Below, one piece after another: positions 1 through 14,057 of a stretch of DNA of 64,000 nt; position 1 is the first letter of the stretch, and every line of letters starts with the position of its first letter. The DNA comes from Octopus vulgaris. Taxonomy: Eukaryota. The translations under genes and the position numbers were made by a program. Below the pieces are notes generated by a model. The model did not search any database, was not told where the DNA came from, and worked only from the letters and a program-made list of their open reading frames with translations. The stretch lies in NCBI GenBank assembly GCA_951406725.2, contig OX597821.1, positions 76,074,001 to 76,138,000 on the forward strand, given 5' to 3'.

Positions 1-101
1 ATTCATGTAACACTTTTATTTGCTCTCTTATATGCCATCACAATTTTTGTTGGTTTCAGAGAGCAGTCCGTTTACGAGATATCATCACTGGGCTACGAAT
101 G

Positions 102-134
102 AGTGTGTGTTTGTGTGTAAGTGTATGTGTGTGT

Positions 135-205
<71 letters not shown>

Positions 206-217
206 CGTGTGTGTGTG
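102..217. repeat. (GT)n microsatellite
   Basis: Direct reading. Confidence 0.95.
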
Positions 218-324
218 AAAATGGTTACCGGTCGTTGCCTCTGAAAACTGGTCGGGTTTGGGTAGTCTCGGTGGATATTTTAAGTAGATAGACAGATAGC
301 CAAACTGATAGGTCTTCGTTCGCC

Positions 325-340
325 TATCATTATTACTATG

Positions 341-411
<71 letters not shown>

Positions 412-476
412 TATTATTATTACTATTATTATTATTACTATTATTATTATTATTATTATTATTATCATTATTATTA

Positions 477-538
<62 letters not shown>

Positions 539-720
539 GGTATTGTTGCTGTTGTTATTGTTAGTATGATTATTACTTTATTTTCATTGATGTTGTCATC
601 ATAATCATGTCCGCTTCATCACCACCTCCACCACCACCACCACCATCATAAGCATTCATCATCATCATCATCATCATCATCACTATCATCATCATCATCA
701 TCATCATTGTCATAATCATC
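325..720. repeat. compound (ATT)n/(ACC)n/(ATC)n microsatellite
   Basis: Direct reading; explains the poly-Ile ORFs 280..480 and 338..604. Confidence 0.95.
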
Positions 721-944
721 TGACAGAGATAACTGCTGCACTGATTCATTTTTATTTATATTCCGGCCATATCGAGAAATCTGTTTCTAGTTAGGTGGGT
801 TGTTTTTTTTCCCTCACCTTGTTTTTTTTTCTTCATCATATGAAAAGGCCAAACCAGCTTTCATATTGAAGTAGCTTTAGTTGCTCCTGCTGCTGCTGCT
901 GCTGCTGTTGCTGCTGTTGCTGCTGCTGCTATTATTTCAATAGT

Positions 945-1228
945 TTTTTTTTTATCGCGTGCTTTCACAGTACGACTGAACACAGCTCTACACGTATTGA
1001 GTATGTAGAGTACTTTGTTAGGGGTTTGTGGTTTCTATTGCATTGAAAGTACTCTTCTTGGCAGCGCCTTGTACACCATTATTTTCTACGATGAATTTCC
1101 ATACAAGTTCACAGATGTTGCATGGTCATTTGCCTGTATTTTCATTTATCTGCACCTACCCACTTGTTATTACTGGTATTGTTTCTTCTTTCAGTCCCCT
1201 ATAATTTGGTTATCTCTAATCTCTAACA
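945..1228 (-). mobile_element. decayed 3' end of R4/Dong-like (REL-endonuclease) non-LTR retrotransposon
   Basis: Alignable by eye to the better-preserved copy at 58645-58995 (gcgtgctttcac...cacagctct; gtattgtttc...ttcag). Confidence 0.5.
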
Positions 1229-1231
1229 TAT

Positions 1232-1394
1232 AGGCGCAGAAGTGGCTGTGTGGCAAGTAGCTTGCTTACCAACCACATGGTTCCGGGTTCAGTCCCACTG
1301 CCTGGCACCTTGGGCAAGTGCCTTCTACTATAGCCTCGGGCCGACCAAAGCCGTGTGAGTGGATTTGGTCGACGGAAACTGAAAGAAGCCCGTC

Positions 1395-1460
<66 letters not shown>

Positions 1461-1680
1461 TTGTGTGTCTGTGTTTATCCCCCCAACATCGCTTGACAAC
1501 CGACGCTGGTGTGTTTACATCCCCGTAACTTAGCGGTTCGGCAAGAAAGTCCGATAGAATAAGTACTAGGCTTACAAAGAATGTCTTGGAGTAGATTTGC
1601 TCGGCTAAAGGCGGTGCTCCAGCATGGCCACAGTCAAAGGACTGAAAAAAATGACTGAAAAAAAATAAAAGTGAAAGTAA
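1232..1680 (+). mobile_element. tRNA-derived SINE, family A (internal TA/GT microsatellite)
   Basis: Head ggcgcagaagtggctgtgtgg (A box) and gggttcagtccc (B box), body ccttgggcaagtg, internal microsatellite, tail ccagcatggcc...gactgaaa; 8 or more copies in the window. Confidence 0.9.
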
Positions 1681-1928
1681 GTAAAGTATATTTGGTCACT
1701 AACACCATTTGCTTTCTGTCCTCAGTTACTCATTCTGGAGACTTCTTTTCCTGACAGTCATTGACACTAATATACAAAACAACTTTCTCTGATCACCACG
1801 GATGTCCGAAGTGGTAAGTCCCAAGTGTCCTTCGTTCTTCTAGAAGACATTTTTGTGGGGTATGTTTGTATCATCACTTTTCCGTCGGTTCTTTGTTGGT
1901 GTTGCTACTGCATCAAGAAAATCTATGG

Positions 1929-2162
1929 TTAATCCTTTAGCATTCAGTGTTAATCCTTTAGCTGTCAAGTGTAAAGCTTATTTATTTACATTGCTTTGAA
2001 TTAATCTTGAGTTATCTAAAAGCTACGAGACTTTGATGATTGACTGTCTATATTTGAATGACAGTGTAGGGTAGGTGGGAAAGGCAGGATATCGCCAGCC
2101 TTAACAGAAAATAGGTAGAATATTTGGGCCTGATAGCGCCAGTTGACATGCTAAATAGTTAA
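1929..2162. mobile_element. decayed piggyBac-type MITE
   Basis: Termini TTAA-tcctttagcat ... atgctaaatag-TTAA form an imperfect TIR flanked by TTAA. Confidence 0.55.
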
Positions 2163-2670
2163 AATGTATTCAAAATGTGGGTTTTTTTGAAATTATTTTT
2201 GTTAGATCCAGGGCATCTAGAATCACTTTATCAAACGTGCTCTGTTTTTAAAACGATAGGGTGTGATGTGAAGGAGATAAGGCTACTAATTCGAGCTGTC
2301 TGGTGCACACAAGGAAGCTTCCTGATTGGCTCAGGATTATTTCATAGTGTTATCATATTGTTCACATGGATTGGCATGGAGGGTGGGCCACTGGGTAAAT
2401 GGTAATCGATTGGCAAAATCGTTAGATCACAATAATTCTTCCGGTTCTTTCGTTCGGAGTTTAAATTCCGACGCCAAATTTACCTTTCATGTTTCATGGA
2501 TTTATAAAATGGAATATCAGTGAAATATCGATTAACCCCCTCCCCTCCAAACAGCTGGTCTTGTGCCCAAACTAAAAACTTGGCAGAGTTGTTAGGGCTC
2601 CGAACAAAATGCTTAGTGCCATTCCTTCTGGTTTTATGTTCTGAGATTAAACTCTACCGAAGTCAACTTC

Positions 2671-2884
2671 ACTCTTTTACTTGTTTCATTCGTTTTACTG
2701 CGGCCATGCTGGAGCACTGCCTTTAGTCGAGCAAATCGATACCAGGACTTATTCTTTGTAAGCCTAGCACTTATTCTAACGGTCTCTTTTGCCGAACCGC
2801 TAAGTTATGGGGACGTAAACACACCAGCATTGGTTGTCAAGTTATGTTGGGGGGGGGGGGACAAACACAGACGCTCAATCATAT

Positions 2885-2944
<60 letters not shown>

Positions 2945-3088
2945 CGGGCTTCTTTCAGTTTCCGTCTACCAAATCCACTCACAAGGCTATGGTCAGCCCG
3001 AGGCTATAGTAGAAGACACTTGCACAAGGTGCCACGCAGTGCGACTGAACTCAGAACCATGTGGTTGGTAAGCAAGCTATTTACCACA
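2671..3088 (-). mobile_element. SINE family A copy
   Basis: Reverse complement of 1232-1680. Confidence 0.9.
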
Positions 3089-4004
3089 TCCTTTCACTAT
3101 ACAATATATACCAGTTAAGTACTGAGCTTGATGTACCAAAATTAGAGTGAATTATGATAATCATCATTTTCATCATCATCGTCGTCGTCGTCTTCATCCC
3201 CCGTTCAAGTGTATTGTCTGACAGTTTGTTTTGTCGATTGTTATAACTGTTCTCCAAGTAATACGCGTTTTCTTCGCTGTTGGGATGTTGTGGGTTATGT
3301 TTTTACCGCCTAGTATTCAAGGCCCAAATTACAATAACGGTTACAGCTACAACTTCAATAATTCCTACAATACCAACAAAAGCGAGAAGAAAAATAATTC
3401 ATAGAAGTGGGGTATTATAAGAATGTTAGCATCGATTGAACCAACCACAAGATATTTGAAGATTTCGTCGATAAAGTGACATAGGTAACCACATGCATCA
3501 ACAACAAGGAAAAAACTTCTAACAGCAACGCAAGTAACAACGCCAAATGCAACATAAAGATCAACAACTACAACGAAAGCAATAACGAAAACAACACTCA
3601 AAGTAAAAGAACGTAGTTTATTTCCAGCATCTGCATACGAAGCATCCAGTATCTGCATATGAAGATTCAGTTTACTTCGGAATGAATCTGTAAGATGAAT
3701 GAAGAGCCGTGTGATGAATGATTCCAGAGAACGTTTACGTAATCCTTCACTGAGAAACAAAGTCCATTACAAATGTAAAGATATAAAATAAAATTGATGT
3801 TAGACCGCTCCCCTGCTGAAGCAGAGAAATGTCTGAGAAGTGTGTTGGTGGCCATTTAGGATGTCAGAAAAGGGAACACTTACTTTACGAGTTCAAATTT
3901 TTGATGTGATCAGATTCGCCTTTCATTCTTTTGACCCCTCCTACAAAATTTTGGGCCCTGCTCCTATAGTAGAGAGGATTATTATTATTATTATTATTAT
4001 TATT

Positions 4005-4327
4005 GTTTTCCTTCTTTCTTCAAATTTTCTTCCGTTTCTCGCCGTGTGTTTTCCGTACACCTTGGGCAGAGAAGCTCATTGTATGCATTCCCAGATTAAA
4101 TATGTATTTAAAAATTAATAAATAAATAAATTCATGAATGGATGTTGTTTTCACAGTGATAATGCTCTTCTCAGTACATGAGCCGTTCCAGTTTACACGA
4201 TTTTTTGCACTTCTTGTAGGGATGGTAAGCCTGGTATCATTTTCAAATAAGTTTCAGTACCTTTTTTTTATCATTCCTAGAACTCCTGCAATCACTGGTA
4301 CTGTAGTCAACTTGAGATGTCACATTT
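4005..4327 (-). mobile_element. R4/Dong-like LINE 3' end with (AAT)n tail
   Basis: Minus-strand remnant TTVPVIAGVLGMIK...GTAHVLRRALS resembles 58742..58981; abuts (ATT)n at 3979-4003. Confidence 0.6.
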
Positions 4328-4379
4328 ATTACAATTATTTTTATCGGGCTTGCTACCTGCAGCCGACGATACCATGCCG

Positions 4380-4950
4380 TCTGTTCTTTTCGACTACCTA
4401 ATACTTTCCTGATTATCTTGGCCGTGTCAAGGAGGCAAATCTTTTGTAACAGTTCTACTGGGAACTCTATACCTATTTCCTCTTACATTCTTCTTCATGC
4501 ATTCTGATTCTGTCTCCAAGGATTCAATAAAAAACTGGCTCTATTTTCGCCTTCTTCGTGTTCCATAGCCGAGCTATTTCATACTTAAGAAGATTGCATA
4601 GATCTATATTTTCGCCTTCCTTCTTGACTATTTGTGGGTCAAAGCGGCACGCAGCATCAACTATATAGCACATGTGGTGCACCATGTCCACCACCAATAG
4701 GCCCGATTTTTTATCTTCTAACACCTGATCCGTTAGGATTGGGAAATCCCAGAGGATTTTCCTAGTATCCGACTCTTCCGCTTTCAGCGGTTTGTGTTCA
4801 CACCACGTCTTGCTTCTCGCTAGACCCTACTTTTCACAGTTTCCAAATTTAGCACATTTTCTACCGCATAGTGACGCCACAGCTTGTAGTGGTTTGGAGC
4901 AAGCCTAGGCCATTTGTTCACAATATGAGAAATGGTTTGATCCTCCAATT
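4380..4950 (-). mobile_element. decayed REL-endonuclease domain of an R4-like non-LTR element
   Basis: Remnants KILWDFPILTDQ, CYIVDAAC, KYEIARLW (ORF 4524..4724) typical of REL C-termini; frameshifted. Confidence 0.65.
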
Positions 4951-6103
4951 TGTGGCCAAAGCTTGCTCCTCCGCTATTGCAGCCTCTATTTAATCTACCG
5001 TGTTGCTTAGGTAGTAACACTCCATGACCACAGCATTAATTTGTTTGCTCAATCTACACCGTGTGTGGTGTTCCCTTTCCGGATATCGACAGGCTGGAGT
5101 CGGACCAGAATTTCTGAGTCTCCTGGGTGCAACACTGTCACCATCAATGGCTGTAGTTTCATTACCACCGTTATTCATAAAAGGAGAAGGGGGGGGAGGA
5201 AGCTGTATGTATAACACATAACTTAGAAGTAGAGCTACAGATGTGCCAGCACACACGAGATTGAGATATGGCCGACCTCATGCACTTCTCATGAGGAATT
5301 CCCCAACAATTATTGGCACTATCTTCACATTTTACATATTCCACAGTCGAGATATCTTGTATTGAAGAGGATTGATTGCGTCTACTTCCTCTCCTTCCTT
5401 CTAAACTATCTGTTGGTGAAATGGGCCTGCAACATCAATTAGAGGACACTACTATTCAAAGGATATTGAACAAAAGTTGGCTGTTATTATTACTATTGTA
5501 CTTCTTTCATTTATTTGGCCTCGAGGGCCTATTCATAAATCCAACGTCTAATACTGTCACTGCTTCTATCCGAAGAAACAGCTTCTGGTCGTTATCTTCC
5601 GGACCGGTGGATGATATATTCTTTAGTCCCGGAGTTGCAACTGGAGGTGTGAGTGATGTTGACTCACGTTGCTTGAATTCATCTTTTTACTCTGACTTTC
5701 CTACTCCGCTTGCTAGAAAGATCTCAAATTTTTCTTACTGCTAATCGTAACTTCTAAACTTCTGGGACTTATACTCCATGTAACCAGTTTATACCTTTCT
5801 CTCTGAATACCAAATGGAGTACATCTCTGAGATCTTGCATGGCCTCCACAGTCCACCTAACTCTATGTCGTTTTCCATCATATCTTTACTCACCACATAT
5901 CCGTGCTGTGTTACAAAGGTTAACAACGAAATAAAAGTCAGCACCAGATTATAAACTGATGTGAAATGCATCAGTTTTTCTTTTTATTCGTTCTCGATTT
6001 TGAAAACCAAGGACGCACCGCTATATGTCCTAAATTCATCAACGGAGCATTGGCTGCGACACTGCAACTAAGGAGTGTTAAAAGTATTACTTTAAAGAAA
6101 ATG

Positions 6104-6551
6104 CAGTTTTCTATTTAAGGAATGAGGAATTTGACGGATATTTGACGGATATTTGTCCTTATCTTGTTTGTTGTTAAAACAACGTTTCGGCTGATATACC
6201 ATCCAGCCTTTATCAGGTGTCTTGGGCAAGTTTCGAACCTGGGTTCTCATTCCTAAGGTAGTTTATGATATTAATATTATTGTTGTTGTTGTTGTTATTT
6301 TTATTATCATTATTTATTCAAGTCACTGCCTGGAATCAAACTCGGATTCTTGGGGTTAGTAGCCCGTGCGCTTAACTACTACGCCATATGCCCGTGGGCT
6401 TTCTTAAATAGCATCATCGAAAAATACCTTAGGAATGAGAACCCAGGTTCGAAATTTCCCCAAAACACCTGATGAAGGCTGGAAGGTATATCAAACAAGA
6501 TGAAGACAAATATCCGTCAAATGTAAATAATATAAATAATGTAAATAATGT
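6104..6551 (-). mobile_element. composite non-autonomous element copy 1: inverted HHR tail + tRNA-like head + (AAT)-rich spacer + HHR tail
   Basis: Head 6320-6399 (TGGCGTAGTAG, GAGTTTGATTCC); 6104-6270 and 6411-6551 are inverted copies; diverged flanking duplication 6084-6103 vs 6550-6568; homologous to 18996-19488. Confidence 0.8.
6176..6221 (-). ncRNA. minimal type I hammerhead motif, core mutated (CUGAUAA)
   Basis: GACAC CTGATAA A GGCTG gatggtatat CAGCC GAAA CG TT GTTTT. Confidence 0.6.
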
Positions 6552-6874
6552 ATTACTTGAAAGATATGAAGAAAACATCTACAGACTTCATTAACTGAAC
6601 TTTGATAAATTTCTCAGGCAAGGACAGACACAGCTCTATGACATACTAGTATCATATATTTCTCCGATTGAAATTCAAATATAGTTAAATCCCTTTTCAC
6701 TGATTGCTAGAACATTTGTTAATATCGTACAAATTTATATCGTTGTAACTGGTTTTTTTGTTTGTTAAAAGAAATTGCGCTGACGGGCCACACATTTCCA
6801 TTGTCCTGCCCTACGAATATCTCTCCTCGTTACATTTTAACATTTTTCTGCCTTGAATATTCTTTGATTCTCTT

Positions 6875-7070
6875 AATTGTTTCAGTCATTTAACTGCGAC
6901 CATGCTGGAGCACCCCTCTTTAGTCGAACAAATCGAACCCAAGACTTATTCTTTGTAAGCCTGGTACTTATTCTATCGGTCTATTTTGCCGAACCACTAA
7001 GTTACGGAGACGTAAACACACCAGCATCGGAGACAAACGCTGACACACAAATACTCACATACACACACAC

Positions 7071-7134
<64 letters not shown>

Positions 7135-7279
7135 CGGGCTTCTTTCAGTTTCCACCTACCAAATCCACTCACAGGGCTTTAGTCGGCCCAAAGCTATAGT
7201 AGAAGGCACTTGCCTATGGGACTGAACCCAGAACCATGTGGTTGGGAAGCAAGTTTCTTACCACACGGCTACGCCTGCG

Positions 7280-7364
<85 letters not shown>

Positions 7365-7527
7365 GACGGGCTTCTTTCAGTTTCCGTCTACCAAATCCAC
7401 TCACAAGGCTTTGGTCGACCCGAGACTATAGTAGAAGACACTTGCCTAATGTTCCATGTAGTGGGACTGAACCCGGAACGATGTGGTTGGGAAGCAAGTG
7501 TCTTACCACACTGTCACACCTGCGCCT
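6875..7527 (-). mobile_element. SINE family A copy plus a second 5' half in tandem
   Basis: Copy 6875-7281 and head-only copy about 7361-7527 separated by (TA)n. Confidence 0.85.
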
Positions 7528-7831
7528 GTCTGAATATTTTATTTTATAACATTTGAAAAATTGACTTCGTGTATTCAGATATATTGTTTTCTTCTGAAGA
7601 ATATTATTATAGTAACTCTCTTCCGAGAATTTATTAGTAAGCTTGTAATACAAGAATAGGTTTAATAATATATTAAGGGTTTTTAGGAAAAATAAATGGA
7701 TGTCTCAAAGACAGACCCCCCATCTTATATTTGGACAGATATTCAAGGTCTTTTCAAGCAAAATAATCTCTTAAAGAAAACCTGGTAACAATCCAACTTT
7801 TGCGGCAGCATGTCCGTGCATAACAGGACAC

Positions 7832-7910
<79 letters not shown>

Positions 7911-8045
7911 TTAGTAGTAGCAGCAGTAGTAGTAGTAGTAGTAGTCGTCGTCGTCGTCGTCGTAGTAGTAGTAGTAGTAGCAGCAGCAGCAGCAGTGGTA
8001 GTAATAGTAGTAGCAGCAGCAGCAACAGCAGCAACAGCAGCAGTA
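7832..8045. repeat. (AGT)n/(AGC)n/(CGT)n compound microsatellite
   Basis: Direct reading. Confidence 0.95.
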
Positions 8046-8054
8046 TAAGGTAAG

Positions 8055-8220
8055 TTGATTACATCGATCCCAGTACTCAACTGATACTTAATTTATCGAC
8101 CCCAGGAGGATGAAAAGCAAAGTCAACCTCGGCGGAATTTGAACTTAAAATGTAAAGACGAACGAAAAGCCGCTAAACTCTTTCCCCTGGCGCAGTAGCG
8201 GTTCTCTCAGTTCGCCGTCT
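8055..8220 (-). mobile_element. tRNA-derived SINE, family B
   Basis: Minus strand gagttcaaattccgccgaggtcgactttgcctttcatcc...gtcgataaattaagtaccagt type core (resembles the Meta-domain SINE core); about 10 copies in the window. Confidence 0.8.
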
Positions 8221-10105
8221 CAGAACGGCTGAATAATGTGAATGAACACTTGACAAGGGAAAATCTAATGATCCGACTGAGAAGGAGAAGGGTCTCCATT
8301 ATGTGAGATACACAAGCAAAAGACTTCCAATAAAAAATAATTTACAAATCTCTGAATTGTTACCTTTAGCTACAAGTTTATCTAGATTATCTAGACTCTT
8401 TCTTACATACATCAACATTTTAATGGCTCACGGGCCTTTTCATAACTAAACACTTCTAATATGTGGCTGCCGCGTACATAAAACCTGTAGGTGACCAGGA
8501 TCATGGGGTCCTGCGATTAACTCATGTGCTGTCTTCTCACTTGTGTCTGAATGTCTTACACTTATCTCTTTTTATTTATGTTCTTTTATTTATATTTATA
8601 TATGCACGTGTATATGGTTGGGGTTTTTTTGTGTAATATATCTGTGTTTATTTTACCAAATTTTAATGTCTCCATAAATTTTATAAGGTCATCGCTCCGC
8701 ATCCTCCATTTTAGAGTAACCGTATATGTACTTTTCACGCGTGTCTCAATATCTTCTTTTTGTAAGACGTTAGATTTATGAATAGGCCCTCGAGGCCAAA
8801 TAAATGAAAGAAGTACAATAGTAATAATAACAGCCAACTTTTGTTCAATATCCTTTAAATATTATATCGTTGACAAAAGAAGCCAACTAAAGTGAATGTT
8901 GGAAATAATTGAACCAACGAATTAGCTGCAAATAAAGAAAAACAAGAAAAGACAATTGATCTGAAGGTAGTTTTAATAGGTGAGCTACAGTGGACTAGAA
9001 AAATGAATCAGTGATTTGATAGGGTGAAATAAAAAAGAAATGGCCGCTGGGGCATTTAGTTCTGTATGGTCTGTAGACATATCGCTCGCATTTTATTTCG
9101 TTTTCTTTTATTTCCTAATTTTGTATGCACAGAATTTACGTTGACGTTGTATATGGCTTACAATGTAGAAATAGCTTAGTGACCAGGAAGAATTGATTTC
9201 TCTGTGTCATGGTTTAGCTGTGGAGGGGAGAGAAGAAAGAGGAAGAGAGAGAGTAAGGAAAGAGGGAGAGTAAGAGTGCATAAAGTGTAAGAGAAAGGAA
9301 GAAAGACATATATAGGGACAGAAAAACGCGGATAACTTTTATCTAGAGGATTTAATGATCATCAAATTAGAGAGCCATCCGTTAATTTCGACTGAGATAA
9401 CAATGATATGTCACTGATTTTTGCTGGCAAAAGCCAAGAGGACCATTTTAATGGATCCGTTTTCTCTTCATTTCGTTAATTCTTTTTCTCCACTACTCCT
9501 ACTCTTTCTACCTCGCTCTCTCTCTCCCTCTCTCTCTCTCTTTCTCTCTCATTATCTTTAATACTTTTTTCTCCATTTCCTCTCGTATCTATTTACCTTC
9601 TTTACTAAGTTTTCCCTTCAAAACAATTCCCATCTCTTTGACGTGACCATATGAAGTTTGCCAGAACTTATGAACATTGATAAAACTATCCATTTCAAGA
9701 TTAAAAAGCGAACTGGTATAAAGCGAAGCGCTCATTATATATTCATGTCAGTTTTTCCCATACCGAGTTATCTCTTTTTTTATGGTATAAATGTTGTTTG
9801 CACACCAAGTAGTTTTCAAAGGAACCATTGCTAAGCAGGAGTAATTTATCAATACATACATACATACACAAATACATACACACACACATACATACATACA
9901 AATATATATGCGTGTGATGTACATTTATGTGTGTATGTATTTATATATATGTGTGTATGTTTGTCTGTGTATATATATGTAAATACATAAGTATCTATAT
10001 ATGTCCATGTATGTACGTATCTATACATGTATATATATACATGTATATGTATATATATATGCATATATATATATATATGTATATGTATATATATGTATGT
10101 GTGTG

Positions 10106-10166
<61 letters not shown>

Positions 10167-11799
10167 ATACACACACATATATATACATATGTATGTATGT
10201 ATGTATGTATAAAAAATGATGGCCTGCTTAAATCCGTTGCAGCTCTTCGAACGTTCGTCTGTATTTCGACATTTGACAAATTTTCTAAATATATATGTAA
10301 AAATATGTGAAAAATGAAAGCAGAAACGAAGGCAACAATCAAAATAGATCAGGTCGTCGTTTTTATATATCACCGTGTCAATAAAAGAAATATGCAATCA
10401 AAAATAGTGTAGGTGTATGTGTATGGATGTGTGTACGCGCGTGTGTGTTTGTGTGTGCATTTATGTATGTGTCTGTAGGTGTCTTTGTTAATGGGTAAGA
10501 GGAGTTTGTAAGCGATCTCAACGTAGCGCTGTGCTGTGTAACTAGCAAGTGTTTCAAACAGTTCAACTATATTTGAAGATTCTCTTCAAACAGAAGAAAT
10601 ATTCAATGGTTTTCTATAGCAGAGTGTAAAATGAATATATGTCTTTTAAAATCATATTTTTCAAAATACATTTTTATGGCATTCGCATTTGCATCATTTA
10701 ACAAATACGTTATGATGTTCTAACTACACAATGGTAGGTACCCAATAAACCAACGGCAGGGGTACAATAGTTTAACTTTGAAAGTGTGAGCTTTTTTACC
10801 ATTTGTATTTTTATTTCCAGGTAAACTCCGTTTGTGTCGAGCTATAGTGAAATTCATTCCAGCCCTTCAAATCTTGTCTGTTTAAGGGCATCTTGGATTA
10901 TATAACCCAGTATTTCTTTTGCACATTTATGACAGTTGATTTTATAGTAGGCTTTAAAGTGACCTAGCTGTTATTTGTAGCCGGGAGGCATAACTAGTGC
11001 TGATGGTTACCACAGACTCGCTCTTGATCAGGAACATCAAGTCGATGGCGTTTTTTTCCAACTTGTTTCAATATCCTTTTCTCATGCAGTGCCTTATGTA
11101 TAGACGTAGTGAAGTTCTGTTAAATCTTCGATGCAAGCTGTGATTTTAGTATTTTATATTAATCATTTTTTTGGTTATTTTTTGGGGATCATTAGTGGTT
11201 ATCACAGGTCTGTGTAGAGGTGGCAGCTTGTTATTGTTGAGTTCATCTTGGTCGTGTTTCTTGTCGTTCACAGACTCTTCACAGAAGACGATTACTGTAT
11301 TGTCAATACGGGTATTTGCGATTTGTACGTTTTGGCTGAGTGACTTCCTTTGTTAGGGTGGCGTGTTTATTTTCAGCAAATGTAGCAGATAATTTTTAGT
11401 ATGTTGGGTAATTCTTATCCCAATTTTCTTTAAGCCTCTTCATGTAGCTTATCTATCGATCTTCCCTAGTCTTTCTGCAGCAATGGTTTAAGTCACGGTT
11501 CAATTCAAAAGTCCAGTGGAATTTTTCTCGATAGTTCCGCGATCCGAAACAGCTTAATCCATCTTCTTTCGTAGCCATGGTGTATGTAGAGTAATTTCCA
11601 CCTGGTTTATATTCCACGACTTGATTATTGCTACGATGTTTTAAAAATAGGCCGTTTCTTTGCATTTACTCAAAGAAGATAAAGATTTCGTTTATCAATG
11701 GCCAAAATTACAGGAGATTCATTAACCAGTGTAAGTAATACTCCTCTATACTAACGTGTCTGTATTCGACGCCCTGTATATATGCATGTATTTATGCGT

Positions 11800-12992
11800 G
11801 TCATTTCTATTTTTTAATTATTATAAATCTGTGGCTGAGGAGGGAGCCGGTTTCCAACAAAGATACAGGTTGTATCTTTGGGATGTATTTAACACAGACA
11901 AATTCACATATGGAACTTTAGAAAGGTCTTGCATTTCTTTACTGTTCCACTCACAGACTGGACTTGTACGAATCAGCCGGTCTATTTCTCTTTCTGAAAA
12001 TCCCAGTTTATCCAGATTCTCCTGTAAGCATTTACTAACAAAGCCTAATTCTCCAATTATTATTATTATGAATATGAATTCATAGTTTGGATATAGAAGC
12101 TGGAAAGTTCGAAGTAGTTGTCCATAGATATCCTCTTTTACTTTGATTTTCAAAGAGGTATTTATATCTGCAGGGCAGATGACCTCTATGATGGTGAACA
12201 ACTTTGCCCCTCTGTCCCAAAGATCAATATCCGGCCTGTTATGTTTACATTTGACAGAAGTTTTGATGGGAATATTCCATCACTATTCCTTGAGTTGGTG
12301 TTTATGAATGAATTCCATAACAGAGAGCTTTTCTAAGTTTATTTGAGAACAGTCATTTTTGCAGATGGCATTGTAAATTGTTTTAGCAACAACATCTTGC
12401 TACATAGGGAGGTAGTACCTAGATGACATTTTAGAACAGCTAATCACATGCCCGATCTATTTCACAGAAACATGACATAGCCTACACGTACGGTTGCCCC
12501 TTGGGATTACAAGAGCGCTACTGTCTCTTTTGTTTACCAGGTACTTTGTGACAATCTCCTGTTCCTTGATTTCAAACGCATAACATTTAAAGTGTGATGT
12601 GATGTAGTGGTCTTGTGTCCAAGAGAGGCTTCGCTTCGAGTCAATTCTCTTCTTTAAGCTTCCGGGCAACATACCCATGCATAGTCTTTTTTTTTTTTTT
12701 TGCTGAGTGCTTTCCATCCAGGTCTTCTCTGAGGTAAGAGACCCAGCTTTTTTGAGGCTGTGTAGGAGATTATCACGAAGGGAATGTTTCTTGAGGACTT
12801 CACTGCCAACTCGCGCAATGTTGCTCACCTCACTTTTCAGGGCTGCATTTATATATATTTTTTTGCTGCTGTTGTTTAGCAGGTGCTGAATGAGTGTTAC
12901 CATACGGCATTCGAAAGCCGTCTGCACTGATTTCAGGCCTCTACCACCTTCATTTCTTCTTAGGTAGAGCCTATCAACATCACTGTTTCTGT
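11800..12992 (-). mobile_element. R4/Dong-like non-LTR retrotransposon 3' fragment (RT thumb, CCHC finger, REL endonuclease), frameshifted
   Basis: DVDRLYLRRNEGGRGLKSV, EIKEQEIVTKY, CRLCHV, HNRPDI, IIEVICPAD (ORFs 12457..13134 and 11821..12201); 5' end lies in a (TATG)n tract. Confidence 0.85.
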
Positions 12993-13742
12993 GGAAGTAT
13001 GTATGTATGTATGTATGCATGCATGTATGTATGTATGTATGTATGTATGTATGTATGTATGTATGTATGTATGTATGTATGTATGTATGTATGTATGTAT
13101 GCATGCATGCATGTATGTCTGTGTATGTATGCATGTATGTACGAATATATATATATATATGTATGTATGTATATTTCTGGAAATAACGGGTTCAAAAGAA
13201 GCTATGTCCGACCACATAGAGTAAAGAACTGAAATATAAGTCTGAGGATGAATACAATTTTTATTCCAAAATCGTTAGTCCAACAAAATATATTATTTTG
13301 CTGGACTATTACAGTCTGCCGGACTAACAATTATGGATTAAATGTTCATACATACATATATATAAATATATATATAAATATATATATGGAGCAAAAACGC
13401 AATTGAGTGCATTAAAACGTTCGGGAAGATAGACGATACAAAGGCGGATAAAAGAAACAACAATTAGAAGGACAGGCAAAAAAGACGGGACATTCGTGAC
13501 TGTCTTTCCTCAGTCAAGTCCCAGAAGTCACGACCATTTCGGGTAATATATATATATATATATATATATATAAACATAATGCATAGGGTAATAATAAATT
13601 AGAAACCATGGTCTGGGAAATAGTTGAGATGGTAAACGTTTTTAATTTTCATTCCTTTCGAGAATTTATCCTTTTTTGTGGTTTTTGAGATTCCTACTGC
13701 TCTTTCTAGCGCAACGCTTTCCTGTTTGGAAGCCTCTTATTG

Positions 13743-13784
<42 letters not shown>

Positions 13785-14057
13785 TGCATGCATGTATGTA
13801 TGTATGTATGTATGTATGTATGTATGTATGTATGTATGTATGTATGTATGTATGAACGTATGTATGTATGTATGTATGTATGTATGTATGTATGTGTGTG
13901 TGTATGTGTGTGTACGTGTGTGTGTAGGTGTATGTGTGTAGACAGACAGGCAGACAGACATATAGATAGATAATTAGACAGACAAACAGATAGATAGAGA
14001 GATTGTGGTCTGGTGTGCGAACTACATAACCAGCCCACTGACTTTCGTATTTTCGTA

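Noticed and set aside
1266-1533. Recurring peptide [15 protein letters not shown]...NPEPCGW in many ORFs
   Set aside because: Antisense translation of the SINE A head; recurrence reflects the repeat, not a protein family
6320-6399. tRNA gene (also 19275-19353, 56488, 60492)
   Set aside because: A/B boxes are present but the acceptor stem does not close; these are tRNA-derived repeat heads
13238-13285. CTGAGGA..gaata/tattc..CAAA hammerhead-like motif (similar relics at 18150-18195 and 38085-38118)
   Set aside because: G12 or stem II/stem I missing; too decayed to distinguish from chance
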